The position numbers were made by a program, and so were the translations under genes. Under the pieces are notes generated by a model that was given only the letters and a program-made list of their open reading frames with translations, did no database searches and had not been told where the DNA came from. DNA of 63,926 bases, counting the filler, from Olpidium bornovanus S191 (taxonomy: Eukaryota; Fungi; Olpidiomycota), in the NCBI GenBank assembly GCA_017911155.1. It is 28 parts of 28 records of this genome, joined end to end, with 100 filler letters (N's around TTAATTAATTAA, not from the genome) between each part and the next. Parts side by side here need not be neighbours in the genome. Positions count along the whole stretch, not along the records: positions 30,439 to 40,194 come from JAEFCI010003749.1; positions 40,295 to 41,441 come from JAEFCI010000156.1; positions 41,542 to 44,431 come from JAEFCI010010143.1; positions 44,532 to 47,640 come from JAEFCI010008961.1; 24 more parts are not named here. One strand, 5' to 3'. Shown piece after piece: positions 33,500 to 45,004 of the stretch. Position 1 is the stretch's first letter, and every line of letters starts with the position of its first letter.

Positions 33500-34450
33500 A
33501 TTTGACTCGCTGCTGTGCATCACATTTTATGGCCATGTAGGTTGGTTGGCCTTGGTTCAGTTAGGATGTGTCGACTTTGATTTTGGCATCCGCAGCTATA
33601 CATCTGGCATAAACTGAAGTACCAAGAAAATTTCCAGGTCTTTGATGGCTAGGATGCCGAAGCTTGTCCGGTGAACCTTCCTTGGAACATGTGGACACAG
33701 GATGATATGGTGTTGCCCTTCGCTGTGCCCCTCTGCCTCCTTCATCTGTCCCCTCCGCCACTTCTGTCCTCCGTGTAGCGGCATTGCCCCAGTCACTGCC
33801 CGTGCCACGGAGCCCTACTTCAGAACTCTCTCGAGTGTGATCTAATGTTCAGGTATACAATGACTCGATCCCGTAAGAGTCCATTGAGGACTTTCGTGCC
33901 CATAATGCTAGAGAGATGGGTCTTCCAGCACTGTTATGACCACATGCAGATGAAATACATGCTGATAAAATTCAGGTCAAAGGAATAGTTGTCGCTAGTA
34001 AAATTCAGGTCAAAGGAATAGGTGTCGCTCCATCCTTTACCACTACTCTGGCTAACACAACCTTTGTCAGTATTGACCAAAGTCTTTCCTCAAGGTCAGT
34101 CTTGACCTTCAAGAGACGGATGCGGCGATTTTCTCTGAAAACAACCACGGCATTGCTTCCACCTGGATTTCGCAGCTGCTAGCAGTGGTGGTGGGAGTGG
34201 AACAAAAACGGCGGACTGCTGGAAAATGGGAAGAGCGGGGTGAGCATTAGGTATCTGCATTCTGCATGATAGGCTGGCCAGGAGCACATCTTGGTATTTT
34301 TCGACTACTTCTGTGAACCACGTGTCAATATCTTGAGGATGATCTAGATCATTGACACATCCTTCAATCATGGTTGCTACTGCCACTACTTTTCCTTATC
34401 GTATTACCTTCCGCCACTGCTGCTTGGATATTAGGATCATCTCATGATCA
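33500..34450 (-). pseudogene. Highly decayed Ty3/gypsy reverse transcriptase region
   Basis: EVVEKYQDVLL (pre-RT linker), TKVLNGLLRDRVIVYLNI (degenerate YLDD) and GNFLGTSVYARCI (FLG..GYYRRFI-like). A 33-bp duplication lies at 33966-34029. Confidence 0.55.
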
Positions 34451-34591
34451 ATGGTGATGGTGTCAGCAGTCCAATCGATTACTGGATTCTTGTGGCACAG
34501 CCAGCATAGTCCCAGTAGGAGGTCAGAGGTGACGGGTGCTACCAGAGCGTTCTGCCTAACGGGAGCCGTCTTACGGTTGCGGGAAAAAAGG

Positions 34592-35813
34592 TGTTACACG
34601 TGTTGTAGGTGGTGTTGTGTTCCGGCGAAGGTTTCTGGTGTGTACTTGGGCCCCCCTCGATTAGGGGACAGCTCAATGGGGCAAAGCGGGCGGTACATCG
34701 AGATCGGGCGAGGGACATCGAGGTCGATCGAGGGCATCAAGGTCGAGCGGTCCATCGATGGAAGGCGGTGCGTTGAGCGGGAGAACGAGGGAATAATGGA
34801 GTGTCCACTACACACGTACAAAGGGCAGGCGGCCAAGCGGTTACTCCCGACACCCGTAATGTCAGGGACTTTACACCGCCACAGCGCCATCATCGCACCA
34901 CCCTCCAGCGCCTAGGGAATGGGCAAAAGCCTGAGGGCATGAAGGTGCTTGGTGTGCGTGACGCAGACCAAAGCATTGATGAACATGTCCGCCGTCTGCC
35001 GTCGATTGGTATGGGCGACAGTGACCTCTCCGCGTTCCACGCACTCCCAGATGAAGTGCCAGCGAACATGGATATGCTTACTTCTTGCGGGTCCCATTGG
35101 GTTTTTGGCAAGAAGTAGTGTGCCTCCCGGATATCAACTGGTTCTAATCGTTCACCTCCAGTTCCCCCAGCAAGCAACAAAGCCACACCGCCTCCTTGGC
35201 CGCCTCCGCCAGGGCAATGTACATCGACTCTGTTGTATTGGAAGTTGCCACCCCCTCCTGTCGACGGCTTCTCCGGGTGACCGCTCCTCCCGCAATGGTA
35301 AGAATACCGTTAGTAGAGCGCCTTGTCTCCAAGCACTCGGCGTAGTCGGCGTCACAGAAGCCCTACGGCCAGGGCCCGTATCCTTTCTTTGCCAGCCGTC
35401 CAATTCAGAGCTCCGAGAGCGGACTGTGGCCTGCGCAGGTGTCCTACCGCAAAGGCAATATCCGGGCGAGCACACATGAAGATGAAAAGGAGCGCTCTTA
35501 CCAGTTCGCGATACCGTGTGACATCCGCGCACACATGAAGATGAAGAGTAGCGCTCTTACCAGTTCGCGATACCGTGTGACATCCGCGAATTGTTTTTCT
35601 CCGCTCCGCGCCTTCTGTGACACTGCCGGGCATGGCGACACTCTTGGCCTTGGACAAGCCATAGCGCTTTTTACCACAATTGTAACACTTTAGGTTTTTC
35701 TTCTTATCGTGGGCGGCCTCACTTTCTTTCTTCGCAATTCCGCTCCTAACACTCTTCCCACCGTGCTTGCCGTGTCTGGCTGTACTGCGCACAGTTCTAA
35801 GAGTCTTTCTCAT
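34592..35813 (-). mobile_element. Internally deleted copia element: gag knuckle joined to the RT end, RNase H and putative 3' LTR
   Basis: KCYNCGKK is followed within about 45 aa by YRELVRALLFIFMCARPDIAFAVG. Then ETRRSTNG, TESMYIALAEAAKEAVWL and RSKHIHVRWHFIWE..TADMF, stop at 34912. A putative LTR starts TGTAAAG at 34875. Confidence 0.8.
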
Positions 35814-36008
35814 TCACACTGCGTGCAGTGTACGTCACAGTGGAAGAGGTACAATTCGGTTCGTGTTCGTTGGGTTCGGGTCTCAGTTCGACGGTTGGTT
35901 CGGGTTTTGCGCTATGGAGGGCGCGCTATTTATGCCCGCCGTCGACTGCAGGCGTCTGCGCCTTGCCGGCAACGGTGGCAGGAGAGGGAGGACAGGGGCA
36001 AGGCGTTT

Positions 36009-36110
36009 GACGGCGCCGCGCTGTAGTCTCAAACGCCTAGGCAAATGCCCAGTCCCCGGTCTCACTCGCGCGATTTGCCTAGGCGTTTGAGTCTACAGCG
36101 CCGCGCCGTC
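36009..36110. repeat. Long hairpin: 38-bp arms, 2 mismatches, 26-nt loop
   Basis: 36009-36046 (GACGGCGCCGCGCTGTAGTCTCAAACGCCTAGGCAAAT) matches the reverse complement of 36073-36110 (GACGGCGCGGCGCTGTAGACTCAAACGCCTAGGCAAAT). Confidence 0.95.
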
Positions 36111-36929
36111 GAAGAGCGCTCCCCCGGGCAGGACGGTCCGGGGGACGCGGGACGCGTTTCTTCCTCCCCCTCTCCTTTCTCCTCCTCTGAGCCCTTCGGC
36201 CTCTGCCTTCAGGGAGAACAGGCCTCGGCCAAGTCGCAATTCGCCGAGTAAAAGTGCTTCTTCCTCTTTTTCGTCCTAGGCGACGATACAGACAAAGGAT
36301 GGGTTCTGGGGAAAAGAACGGAACGCTCAGATAAATGCGGGTTTATGTGCGGGCCCTCCCCCCCGCGCGGATGGAGCGGGTTCTGGTGCACCCGTCGCGC
36401 TCCTTCATTTTTCGACCTCGTCCAGCCTTCCATTGGCCACGCCGGCCCAATCTTTGCCCTCCTGCTGGCAAATCCCCTGCCCGGTCTGGCAGATTTTCCC
36501 TCTCCGCCTGCTTCGGCGAATCACTCTCCCGTTCGTAGCGCGCTCGCCTTCCCGGCTTTGGCTCTCGTCGATCGAAGGCCCTCCCCTCTTCAGCACGCCG
36601 GGCATCTTCTCCTTCATGTCGGCGATCTCCCTTCCATATGCCGGCGGGATTCTTCCTCCACAGCGCGCGTGAAGCGCACCCCAAGGTTGCACTGTGGCGG
36701 GCGCGAAGTCCTTGCGGCAGACAGGTGGAAAGAGTTTGACGGCGGAGCCGCGTGTAAGATGGCCGGGAGGTTATTTTACGGGGAAAGCCACGGGTCACGT
36801 GACCCGTATCTGTCCGGACGGGAGTACCTTGGAGAATATCCTCGATTACGCAGCCGGCACCCGTAACCTGCGTCCAGCACACTGGCCGTCACCAGTACAT
36901 TCTTGTCGTTGGAAATGACTTCGCGTCAG

Positions 36930-37450
36930 CAGCGGCATCAGCTTCTCTAAGCACTGCGGCAATCAGCTTCATTAGACACTGCCACAGTCTTACTAGAGGG
37001 GGTGGACCAACTCTTGGTTTCAGGATCTCGCCGAGTGCGACTTTAGAGTGGATTGATTGTTGTACGAAAAACTGACAAGCAACTCATTAGTACGATGTCT
37101 CTCATTTTGCCTTCCCAGTACCTCGAATCTCGCTCTCTGAAGTACAAAAGTCGCCCGATTTGGTCCTTGATCCGGGAAGGGAAATGGACAAAGCTCTCGC
37201 TTTCTTCCACCCGGGTGGAGTACAATGCGGCAATCAAGTCAAGTCGCTCGCTTGAGCTTACGTCCTCGAAGTGTCATGCGAGTGACTGCCATGCTCTTGC
37301 TGCCAGATCACATTTGTCGAAAAGGTGCTTCTACAGATCGGTCACGTGAATATAAATCTCACCGTAGGCTGCATTATTTGCGCAGTCCCAACCTTCGAAA
37401 GCTATCGCGGGGGAAAGTGGTCTTTGTGCCTCTCCCATCACGATCTGCCG
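36930..37450 (-). pseudogene. Decayed copia gag of the same family as 10508-12866
   Basis: AAYGEIYIHVTDL*KHL..AARAWQSLA*HFEDV..MRDIVLMSCL..RTRRDPETKSWSTPS aligns with EAYAEIYLHVGSLYKYL..AKEAWEALTMHFEEV..TRDVILMGCL..GTRRDHETGKWICPS. Confidence 0.8.
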
Positions 37451-38401
37451 TAAACGTCGCCTCATGAGAACTGTTCGCATGCTTGCTTTCCAGGATGTTT
37501 AATTAATTTCATTTAGCGGTACAATCGTGAGCCATGCTCCCCGTAGTGCCGAAGCCGAGCCGTCCATGATTCCGGGGAGGCTTTGCTCGGTGACTGGTGA
37601 GGATGAGAGAGACGTCCAAAATTTCGTGTCACGTGGGGCTTCAACGGATGCTTCGAGAGACAGGCACTTGCCGGCGGCCCCGCTCCCTTCTAGAAGGGCA
37701 GAGAGAGCGATACGGGCTTCGCAGTGGCTTGTCTCGGTTTTCCTTCCGGCGCGTCTGTCCTATGTTTGGTGCTAACGGAGAATCTTCCCCTTTCCCGCAC
37801 GACGCGCGTCAACGGACGGCGCGGTACCCCGGTTCCGCCAACGGATGGCGCGCAGCCTCCTGTGCTTCTCCTCGCGGCGCCGACGGACGGCGCGCGGACC
37901 TGCTCTCCCGCACGGCGTCGACGGATAGCGTTGCTCGGATCGCGCGCGGCTCGCCCTTCTTGCCTCTTCCTGCGGCGCGCTCTCGCCGACGGACGGCGAG
38001 GCTCCCGCCAACTGATGGCGCGTTACGGCAAGAAGGAGGGGGTCGGGAGCGAAAGGGGAGGAAGGCGGACGGGGGGGGGGGGAGAAGAGAAAGAGGTTCC
38101 GCTCGCACACCGCTCGATCCCTTCTTTTTTTTTCTTTTTGAGAAAGCGAACCAACGGTTGTTCTTTTTTCCCTCTCGCCCGCTGTGGCAATGAACACGGT
38201 CGGGACGTTTACCATCGCGGTTTCCGCTCTTGTTGGGGTCTAGAGTCCCGTCTCGGTCTCGCCGGTGTGGGAACGTGGTTGGCCCGCCAACGGTACGGTC
38301 CTTCCGGGGAGGGCTGGGGGTGGGGGGTTGGCGCTTATTGCTTGGGAGACTTATTTCGCCCACTTACACATCACGCGCGCGGGCGGAACACAAACCGCCG
38401 A

Positions 38402-38460
38402 ACGCGAAACGCGACACGCGAAACGCAAAACGCAAAACGCGAAACGCGAAACGCCAAAAC
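38402..38460. repeat. 7-bp tandem repeat (ACGCGAA/ACGCAAA), about 8 units
   Basis: Direct reading of the sequence. Confidence 0.85.
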
Positions 38461-40294
38461 CCAGAACCGAGCGCGTCCGACCTGTGCCCGGCTCCGCCGG
38501 CGGACTGGCTTCTGAACTCGGCCGTTCCCGGGACGAGCTCGTATGACTGCGGCAGCAGCGAGAACGAGATGGCGAGCGACAGATACGCGGGGACGGTGCC
38601 GGGCGGAGGGCGGCAGCGGAGGCGGCTACGGCAGCGAGGAAAAGGCCCAGTGCCTGTGGTACGAGAGCGAGTGGGAGCGCGCGCCCCGGGGGCCACGGCA
38701 CCTATTACGACGCGCCGGCCGCGGCGCGGGACAGGAAGGCCGCTACTACTCGGGCTGCGGGAGCGGTGGCGGAGGCGCCACGGAGGACACGACGCCGGCG
38801 GAAACGGCGACGCGGGCGCGCCCTGCGACGACGACGGCGGCGGCGGCGACGGAGGCGGCGTCTAGGCGGCGTGCACGCAGTCGGCGATGGCGGCTGCCTC
38901 GGTCAGCCATCACCGACGGCGACGATATTCGGAACGTCCGTCGTCACCCGAGACGATATCGAGATCGCAGCACGACGTCGTCCTGCGACGCCGAGACGTC
39001 CGTCGTCTACGCGACTGACACCGAGACCGTGACAGAAACGGTGAGACGGGGGGTGGGAGGAGGAGGGGGGGTCAAGCGAGTTGTTTCGTCCGGCCCGCCG
39101 CGTGCAGCTTTGGTCGGGGTGTTTTTCGCTGACAGTTTTCTTTTTCTTTTCCCTTCCACCCGGCCGAACGGGCCCGGAGACGTGCACCACAACTGTCACC
39201 GAGAGCCGCGACCTGACGACGATGGCGACGACGACCGACGGCGGGAGGGGGGACTCGGCCTACCGCGTGACGACGTCCGGGTGCGAGAGCGGCGGCGCGC
39301 AGGACCGACGGCGGGAGCTGGTGGGCGCCGCCGTCCCCTTGGAAGCGGCCAGCCAGGATAAAACCCGCCGTTCTTTCCGAAACCGCCGGCGTCGGCGCTT
39401 CCGCCGCAGCGGCGCCCGCCGACGACCCGGCGACGCGGCAGCCGCTGGCCGCGCCGACCGCCGCGGCCTCCGCTTTTCCCGCCGCGAGCGTGTGCAGCGC
39501 TTCCGCCTCTGAAACGCATGCGTAACTGCCCTTTTCCTTCCTCCCTCCCCCCCGGGCAATATTATAAATATCCATCGCAAAGATACATCCCTTGCAAAAG
39601 CCCCCATTTTTTTTACGTAATGTTAATTTCGAGCCGCGTGTGCCGAACACCTCCACACCCACCCCACGTCCTTTCGTTTTACGAAACGCATCCGCACGGC
39701 CGACAACTTTCTCAAAGCCTCAATTACAAACACCTTCCCCTTCACCCACCGGCCCACCTCCCCCAACACAAACGCCAGCGCCGCGCGAAATGACGCGCAC
39801 TCTATCTGTTTATTTTCCGAGCTCCGATCATCACGTCCCTCTTAACGTTCCGCCAAGGGAACGTCTTTCTTTTTCGAAACGCTTAGAACTTTTCTCCAAG
39901 TCATTGAACTTTCATAACGGGGCCAAATAATAGCCGGCGTCCTTGGTACTACACCGCGAGAGGGCGCGGGAGACCTGGCCGAATTCGATAGCACAGAGAT
40001 CGCGGCATCGCGTGCATTCACCTAGCCCTACCGTCGTTGGTCCGGCCAGACCATTTGTGCCCGTTTCGAGAGTTTTTCTCGGGAAAAATACCCCGTGGCG
40101 GCCAAAGTAGCCTGGATCGAACGAAGCCCAAAATTCTCATCTTTCAGTCCGGTTGTTTTCACCCGGGTTTTTTGACAATTTAAAGTTTGGGGAANNNNNN
40201 NNNNNNNNNNNNNNNNNNNNNNNNNNNNNNNNNNNNNNTTAATTAATTAANNNNNNNNNNNNNNNNNNNNNNNNNNNNNNNNNNNNNNNNNNNN

Positions 40295-40591
40295 CACATC
40301 GCAGAGTTCTATCCAAAATTCCACTGTGAATGCAACTTCATTGAGCGGTTTTGGGGAGCTGCCAAGAGACATGCTCGGGAGGAATGCGACTACAACTTTC
40401 CCTCTCTCTGCGAGCGGCTTCGGACCATCTTGGATGGCGTCAAGTTAAAAGAGATCAGAAAGCATGCACGGACATCGTGGAGATACATGCACATGTACGC
40501 GGAAGGCAAAGATGGTGTGTCAGCAGCAAAGGCTGAATGAGACAGGAGAAAATTTAAATCTCACAGGCGTTTAGTACAAGAGGAAGATTGA
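40295..40591 (+). mobile_element. IS630/Tc1-mariner-like DDE transposase, C-terminal fragment
   Basis: HIAEFYPKFHCECNFIERFWGAAKRHAREECDY..IRKHARTSWRYM..*..KFKSHRR matches the P.fhcELN.IE..W motif of fungal Tc1-like transposases. An internal TGA lies at 40538. Confidence 0.75.
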
Positions 40592-41343
40592 AGTTTTACC
40601 ATACATGCAGTAGATACGGAGAAGAATACTAGTAAAATATGTCAGTATAAAATAACAGTATAAATAAATTGCATTCGAAGGTCTACGTCTGTTTCAAAAT
40701 CCATTGTGCCCAGCCAAACGTGACAAACTTCGACAAGTTATAGCTCCGTCAGTTTTCAATATTTTTGAAATATGCTTAATGGGAATTGAAGAGCACACCC
40801 AGAAGCTTCTTCTTCCAGGTATTGTGTTTGGGTGGGTGTCCATAAATCCTCAAAGTTGGGTGACGATCGTGTTGGTTCTAAGTTGACGGCACCATACAGC
40901 GGGCGTATTCGGCGGCCAACCTGGCCCTGCCGGGTTTTGCCGGGGGAAAGGTGGGACCCGGGGTTTTCTCGCGTTGACCGCCGGACAGGAAAAAAAAACA
41001 GCCAGCGACCACGTGGTGTGCACGACACGCATCCGCAGCCCAGCCGGGCCATCAAGCACAAAAAGGCGCCGTAATTTGTCGAGGTAGAAAAGTGTCGCCG
41101 CACTGTCGAGCCGTACCCCGAGCGTCACCGCAAAGCAAACTTCATCGAACGGTACTGGGGCACAGGGAAGCGCCCGGCTCGTCGACAGTGTGGTTGAGAA
41201 GATGGGGGAAAGGAAAGTGGAAGGGGGGCGGGCGTGGAGGGATGGCCCCCGATAGCCGCCGAAGTATTTTTTTTTTTTTTTTGTGGGGAAGCGGGGGCGG
41301 GAGAGTGGCGGAAGGCGCGCGTTGTGCGCGGGAGATATACAGT

Positions 41344-41383
<40 letters not shown>

Positions 41384-41541
41384 CCCCCCCCCCGTTTTTC
41401 CCCCGCCCCCCCCGGCCCCCCCGCCCCCCCGCCCCCCCCCGNNNNNNNNNNNNNNNNNNNNNNNNNNNNNNNNNNNNNNNNNNNNTTAATTAATTAANNN
41501 NNNNNNNNNNNNNNNNNNNNNNNNNNNNNNNNNNNNNNNNN

Positions 41542-44400
41542 ACCTCCACGTCCTTCCGGGACGCGCAGACGACCTGCACCGGCTGCTCCGTCCTCCGCGT
41601 GAAGGTCCGTTCGTAGTCGGAGAATTTCCCGCGGTACAAGAAGGAGCTTGTCACCTCCATGATCGCGGCGCCCTGCTTTTTCAAAGTCGCCTTAACCTCG
41701 ACCACCTTTCCGGCGTCGGTAATCACCGCCGAGTTCAACACGGACTCGGTGACGATCTCGTCCCCGGCCCGAAGAACTTCCCGTTCGTCCAGGACCCGGA
41801 ACTGGTTGGACAAATGAACGAGTCGCAGGAGATCCCCGTCGCAGCAGAGAACACCTTGCAGCAGACTCGACCAGGCCACCACGATGGCAAAGTCCATCGG
41901 TGCTACCGGCCGGTCGCCGTCAAGATACATCTCAGCTTGGTTCTCAATGACCTGGACAAAATCGGAAACGTTCCGCGGCGTAATCTTGAACTTCGACGTA
42001 AACGTGTCAAACGGGCTCGCGTCCGTGCAGCTGGGGTCGAGGGACCAGAGCGAAGCGTAAAACTTCTTGATGTTCGCGTTACGATCCTGGACGGGTGGAG
42101 CAGGGGAAGGAGGCGGGTTGAGAAACGAACAAAAGGTGGCCCGGGGTGCCAAGCGCACGGATCATGACACGGACGCGCGGTGGACGCTTTTGGCCGGACC
42201 AACCTGCATCACTTCATGGATGGGATTATATCCTTGGCAAGGCTGATACCTAAAGAACAACTCCAGCGGAACCACGCGCTGTTTCAGCTCCTCGTTTAGG
42301 GTCAGCTTGATGACATCACCGGTCTCCGTGATGACCACCGACGAGTTGCGGCGGGGGACCGCTTTGCTGTCTTCCGTGTGGTGTACGGTGAGGAGGAGCG
42401 GCACCCCGGAGGAGTTGTACTTGATGAACACCGTCTGCCCGGGACGCGGGCGCAAGATGCGGCGTGCAGGGTTAGGCACCAGGAGGCGGCCCTGGACGAT
42501 GGCTTCGGATGTGAGGAGCGCCCGAAGCCAGTTGTGTTTCTGGCCCGCAAGCAGCTCGAGGAACTCGGCCGCGTCCGGCAGCTCGGCGGCCTTCCTGGTG
42601 ACTTCGAACATTACGGCGCCTTCCTCGAGGCGAGTGACGTTCACGCCGGCGTGACGTCCGTCGGACGAGTGGCAAAGCAAACCGGCGCCGAGGTACTCGA
42701 CGACGGGCACGTTCACCTTGTTGCCTCCGTAATACAGCCGAAGCAGCTCGTCGACATGCTCGTTATAGATGTTCTCAAGGATATCCTTGACCGGTTGGTC
42801 GGCGACTTTCGAGTGGTGCACGGCCACTGGTCCCTGGAGGATTGCCACGCGTTGCGCGTCTTGCCCCACAACGGCGTCAATGTCTTCGGACTGCCAGAGA
42901 GAGTCCTTTTTGAACCAGAACTCAAATTTGTCGTCAATCACCGGAACGAACGGGACCGGCTTCCGCCAGGGATAGGAACAGACTGTCAGCAAGTAGAACA
43001 CGTCCTCCTGGGTCAGGGTCTGGCGAGCCGCTTCCGGGAAGGCATGAAGAACAGCTTCCACAAGCGCCTTTGGATCTTCGTTGAGGTCGTCAAACGACTG
43101 GACGAGGGAAGGCGTCGGCTTCTCGACGAAGCGCTCTTCGATGCGTCGGAGGAAGTCCCCGAACGTGTCTCGCAGAGTAACGTCAATCCAGCGGGACTGG
43201 CGCGTTATCCACATCAGCTCGAGCATGCGCTCCGCAACTTCTTTGTAGGTCATGTCGTGAAGATCGCACGGTCGGCCGTCCTCGGCTTTGCGCCCGAACC
43301 ACGGCTTCTGGTAGTCGTCGTTGAGACGCTTGATGATGTAGTCTTTCTTTTCCAGCAAGGCGGGAAAGCGCTTGTCGCGGGGGAGCTTGAAGATCGTGTC
43401 GTCCAGCTCACGCCAGAATTTGATTCCCCTGTTCGCGATTTTGTGTATGGGCTCGCCGAGCTCTGACGTTACCGTGATGACCCCGCCGATCTCCCGCTTG
43501 TACGTCTCTTCCCAGAGGGACTCGTCGGCGATTCCGGGCGCTTGCACGATGAGGTCCTTCGCGGCCCTCGAGGTGAGGGCCTCAGCCGCCACCATCACGC
43601 GCGAGCCGAAGAGCAGGCCGTCGCACGGCATCGGCGGGTATCCGAACTGTACGCTCCACTTTCCGGTCAAATATGGAAGCGTTCCCTTGGCGTCCCCGAA
43701 TCCGCTTCCGACGACGAGAACGATGTTTCCCTGCCGCCGGATGGCACCTGACGGGAAGATTTAACCTGAAGCCCCCCGGGCGACCCCGAAAAACGGGACA
43801 GTTAAAAATAAACGTACCGTACGTCTCCAACAGCGGTTGGTGGAAATCCTCGAACGAGTGGTGGCCTCCGCCGCGACCTCCTGTCCACTGTAGAACAATC
43901 GGCATATGCGGGTTTTGTTCGGCAATGGAGATTACTCTCCGAATGGTCTCGGCGCTTCCAGGCTTGAACGCGACGTGCCTAAGGCCAGCTTTCTTCAAAC
44001 TGGAGACAACCTCGTTCGCAACATCCAAGGACGGCACGCCTGCCGCAACGCACACGCCCTCCATCGGGATGCCGTCGTTTCGCATAGCCTTGACTGCAGG
44101 ATACTGAAATCCCCAGAGACGGGGATTGAGGAACAGAATGTTGAGGGTGATGCCCTCACCAGGAGCCACCAAGTCCATAATCTTCTTCACTCGATTGCGC
44201 AAATGCTCTTCAGTGTGTTGGCCGCCGCCGGCGAGCTCGACGTGGAAACCGGCGTTAACCACAGCCGCGACAAACGATTCGTGAGCCGTGCAAGGCGTCA
44301 TGCCGGCGACCATGATTGGAGGCTTTCCAAGAAGACGACTGAAAAACGTTTCAACGTGGATACGGTCAGTGTTTGCCATCCGCATCAGTCTGGGTCGGAA
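41542..44400 (-). CDS. FAS1: Fungal type I fatty acid synthase, beta-chain region (enoyl reductase to dehydratase), partial at both ends
   Basis: Exons 43818-44400, 42204-43747 and 41542-42086. Motifs are PPIMVAGMTP, HVELAGGG, AFKPGS, QWTGGRGGGHHSFEDFHQP, GSRVMVAAEA, WFKKDSLWQSED, ILQGPVA and APMDFAIVVAW. Confidence 0.97.
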
Positions 44401-45004
44401 CTGAAAAAGGACGTGTTAATAATTAAAGCCGNNNNNNNNNNNNNNNNNNNNNNNNNNNNNNNNNNNNNNNNNNNNTTAATTAATTAANNNNNNNNNNNNN
44501 NNNNNNNNNNNNNNNNNNNNNNNNNNNNNNNCATGTGGACGACTCCCAAAATGTTCAGCTCGCTGAGAATTAGCTCTGCTGGGTGATTTGGGTACCGGTG
44601 TTGAGCTTTAGGCGCTATCGCCGCTGCAAAGACGCGTGTTTCTGGGCGACGCTTATCAACTAAATCGCCGCAAGCAAACCTTGCGACATTGTGTGTCTCA
44701 AGTCGCGGTGGAGTTTCGGCTTACGTGAAGCAGCCCGGAACAGGGCTTTTTTACCCCTTGCAATGAAGGCGGACGCTAAAGCACCAAAGCAGGTGGACTT
44801 GCCGTTAGGATGGCGAAGGGTAGTCGGGATCTACCCCGGGCGGGAGGGTGGGGAAGAGGTTCAAAGGCGGCGGAATCCTACCGGCAAGAATTAGGTTCCG
44901 AGTTCAGAATGAGAATCGTCCCAAAACGCCAATTCGCGGCACCCGCGTTGGTCTTTCTCCGCACCGCAACGGGCAACAATTCGAACGCGTCGATCGGGTA
45001 GACC

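Noticed and set aside
42378-43466. 362-aa plus-strand ORF (similar cases at 25542-26291 and 27242-27811)
   Set aside because: These are antisense shadows of GC3-rich real genes on the other strand.
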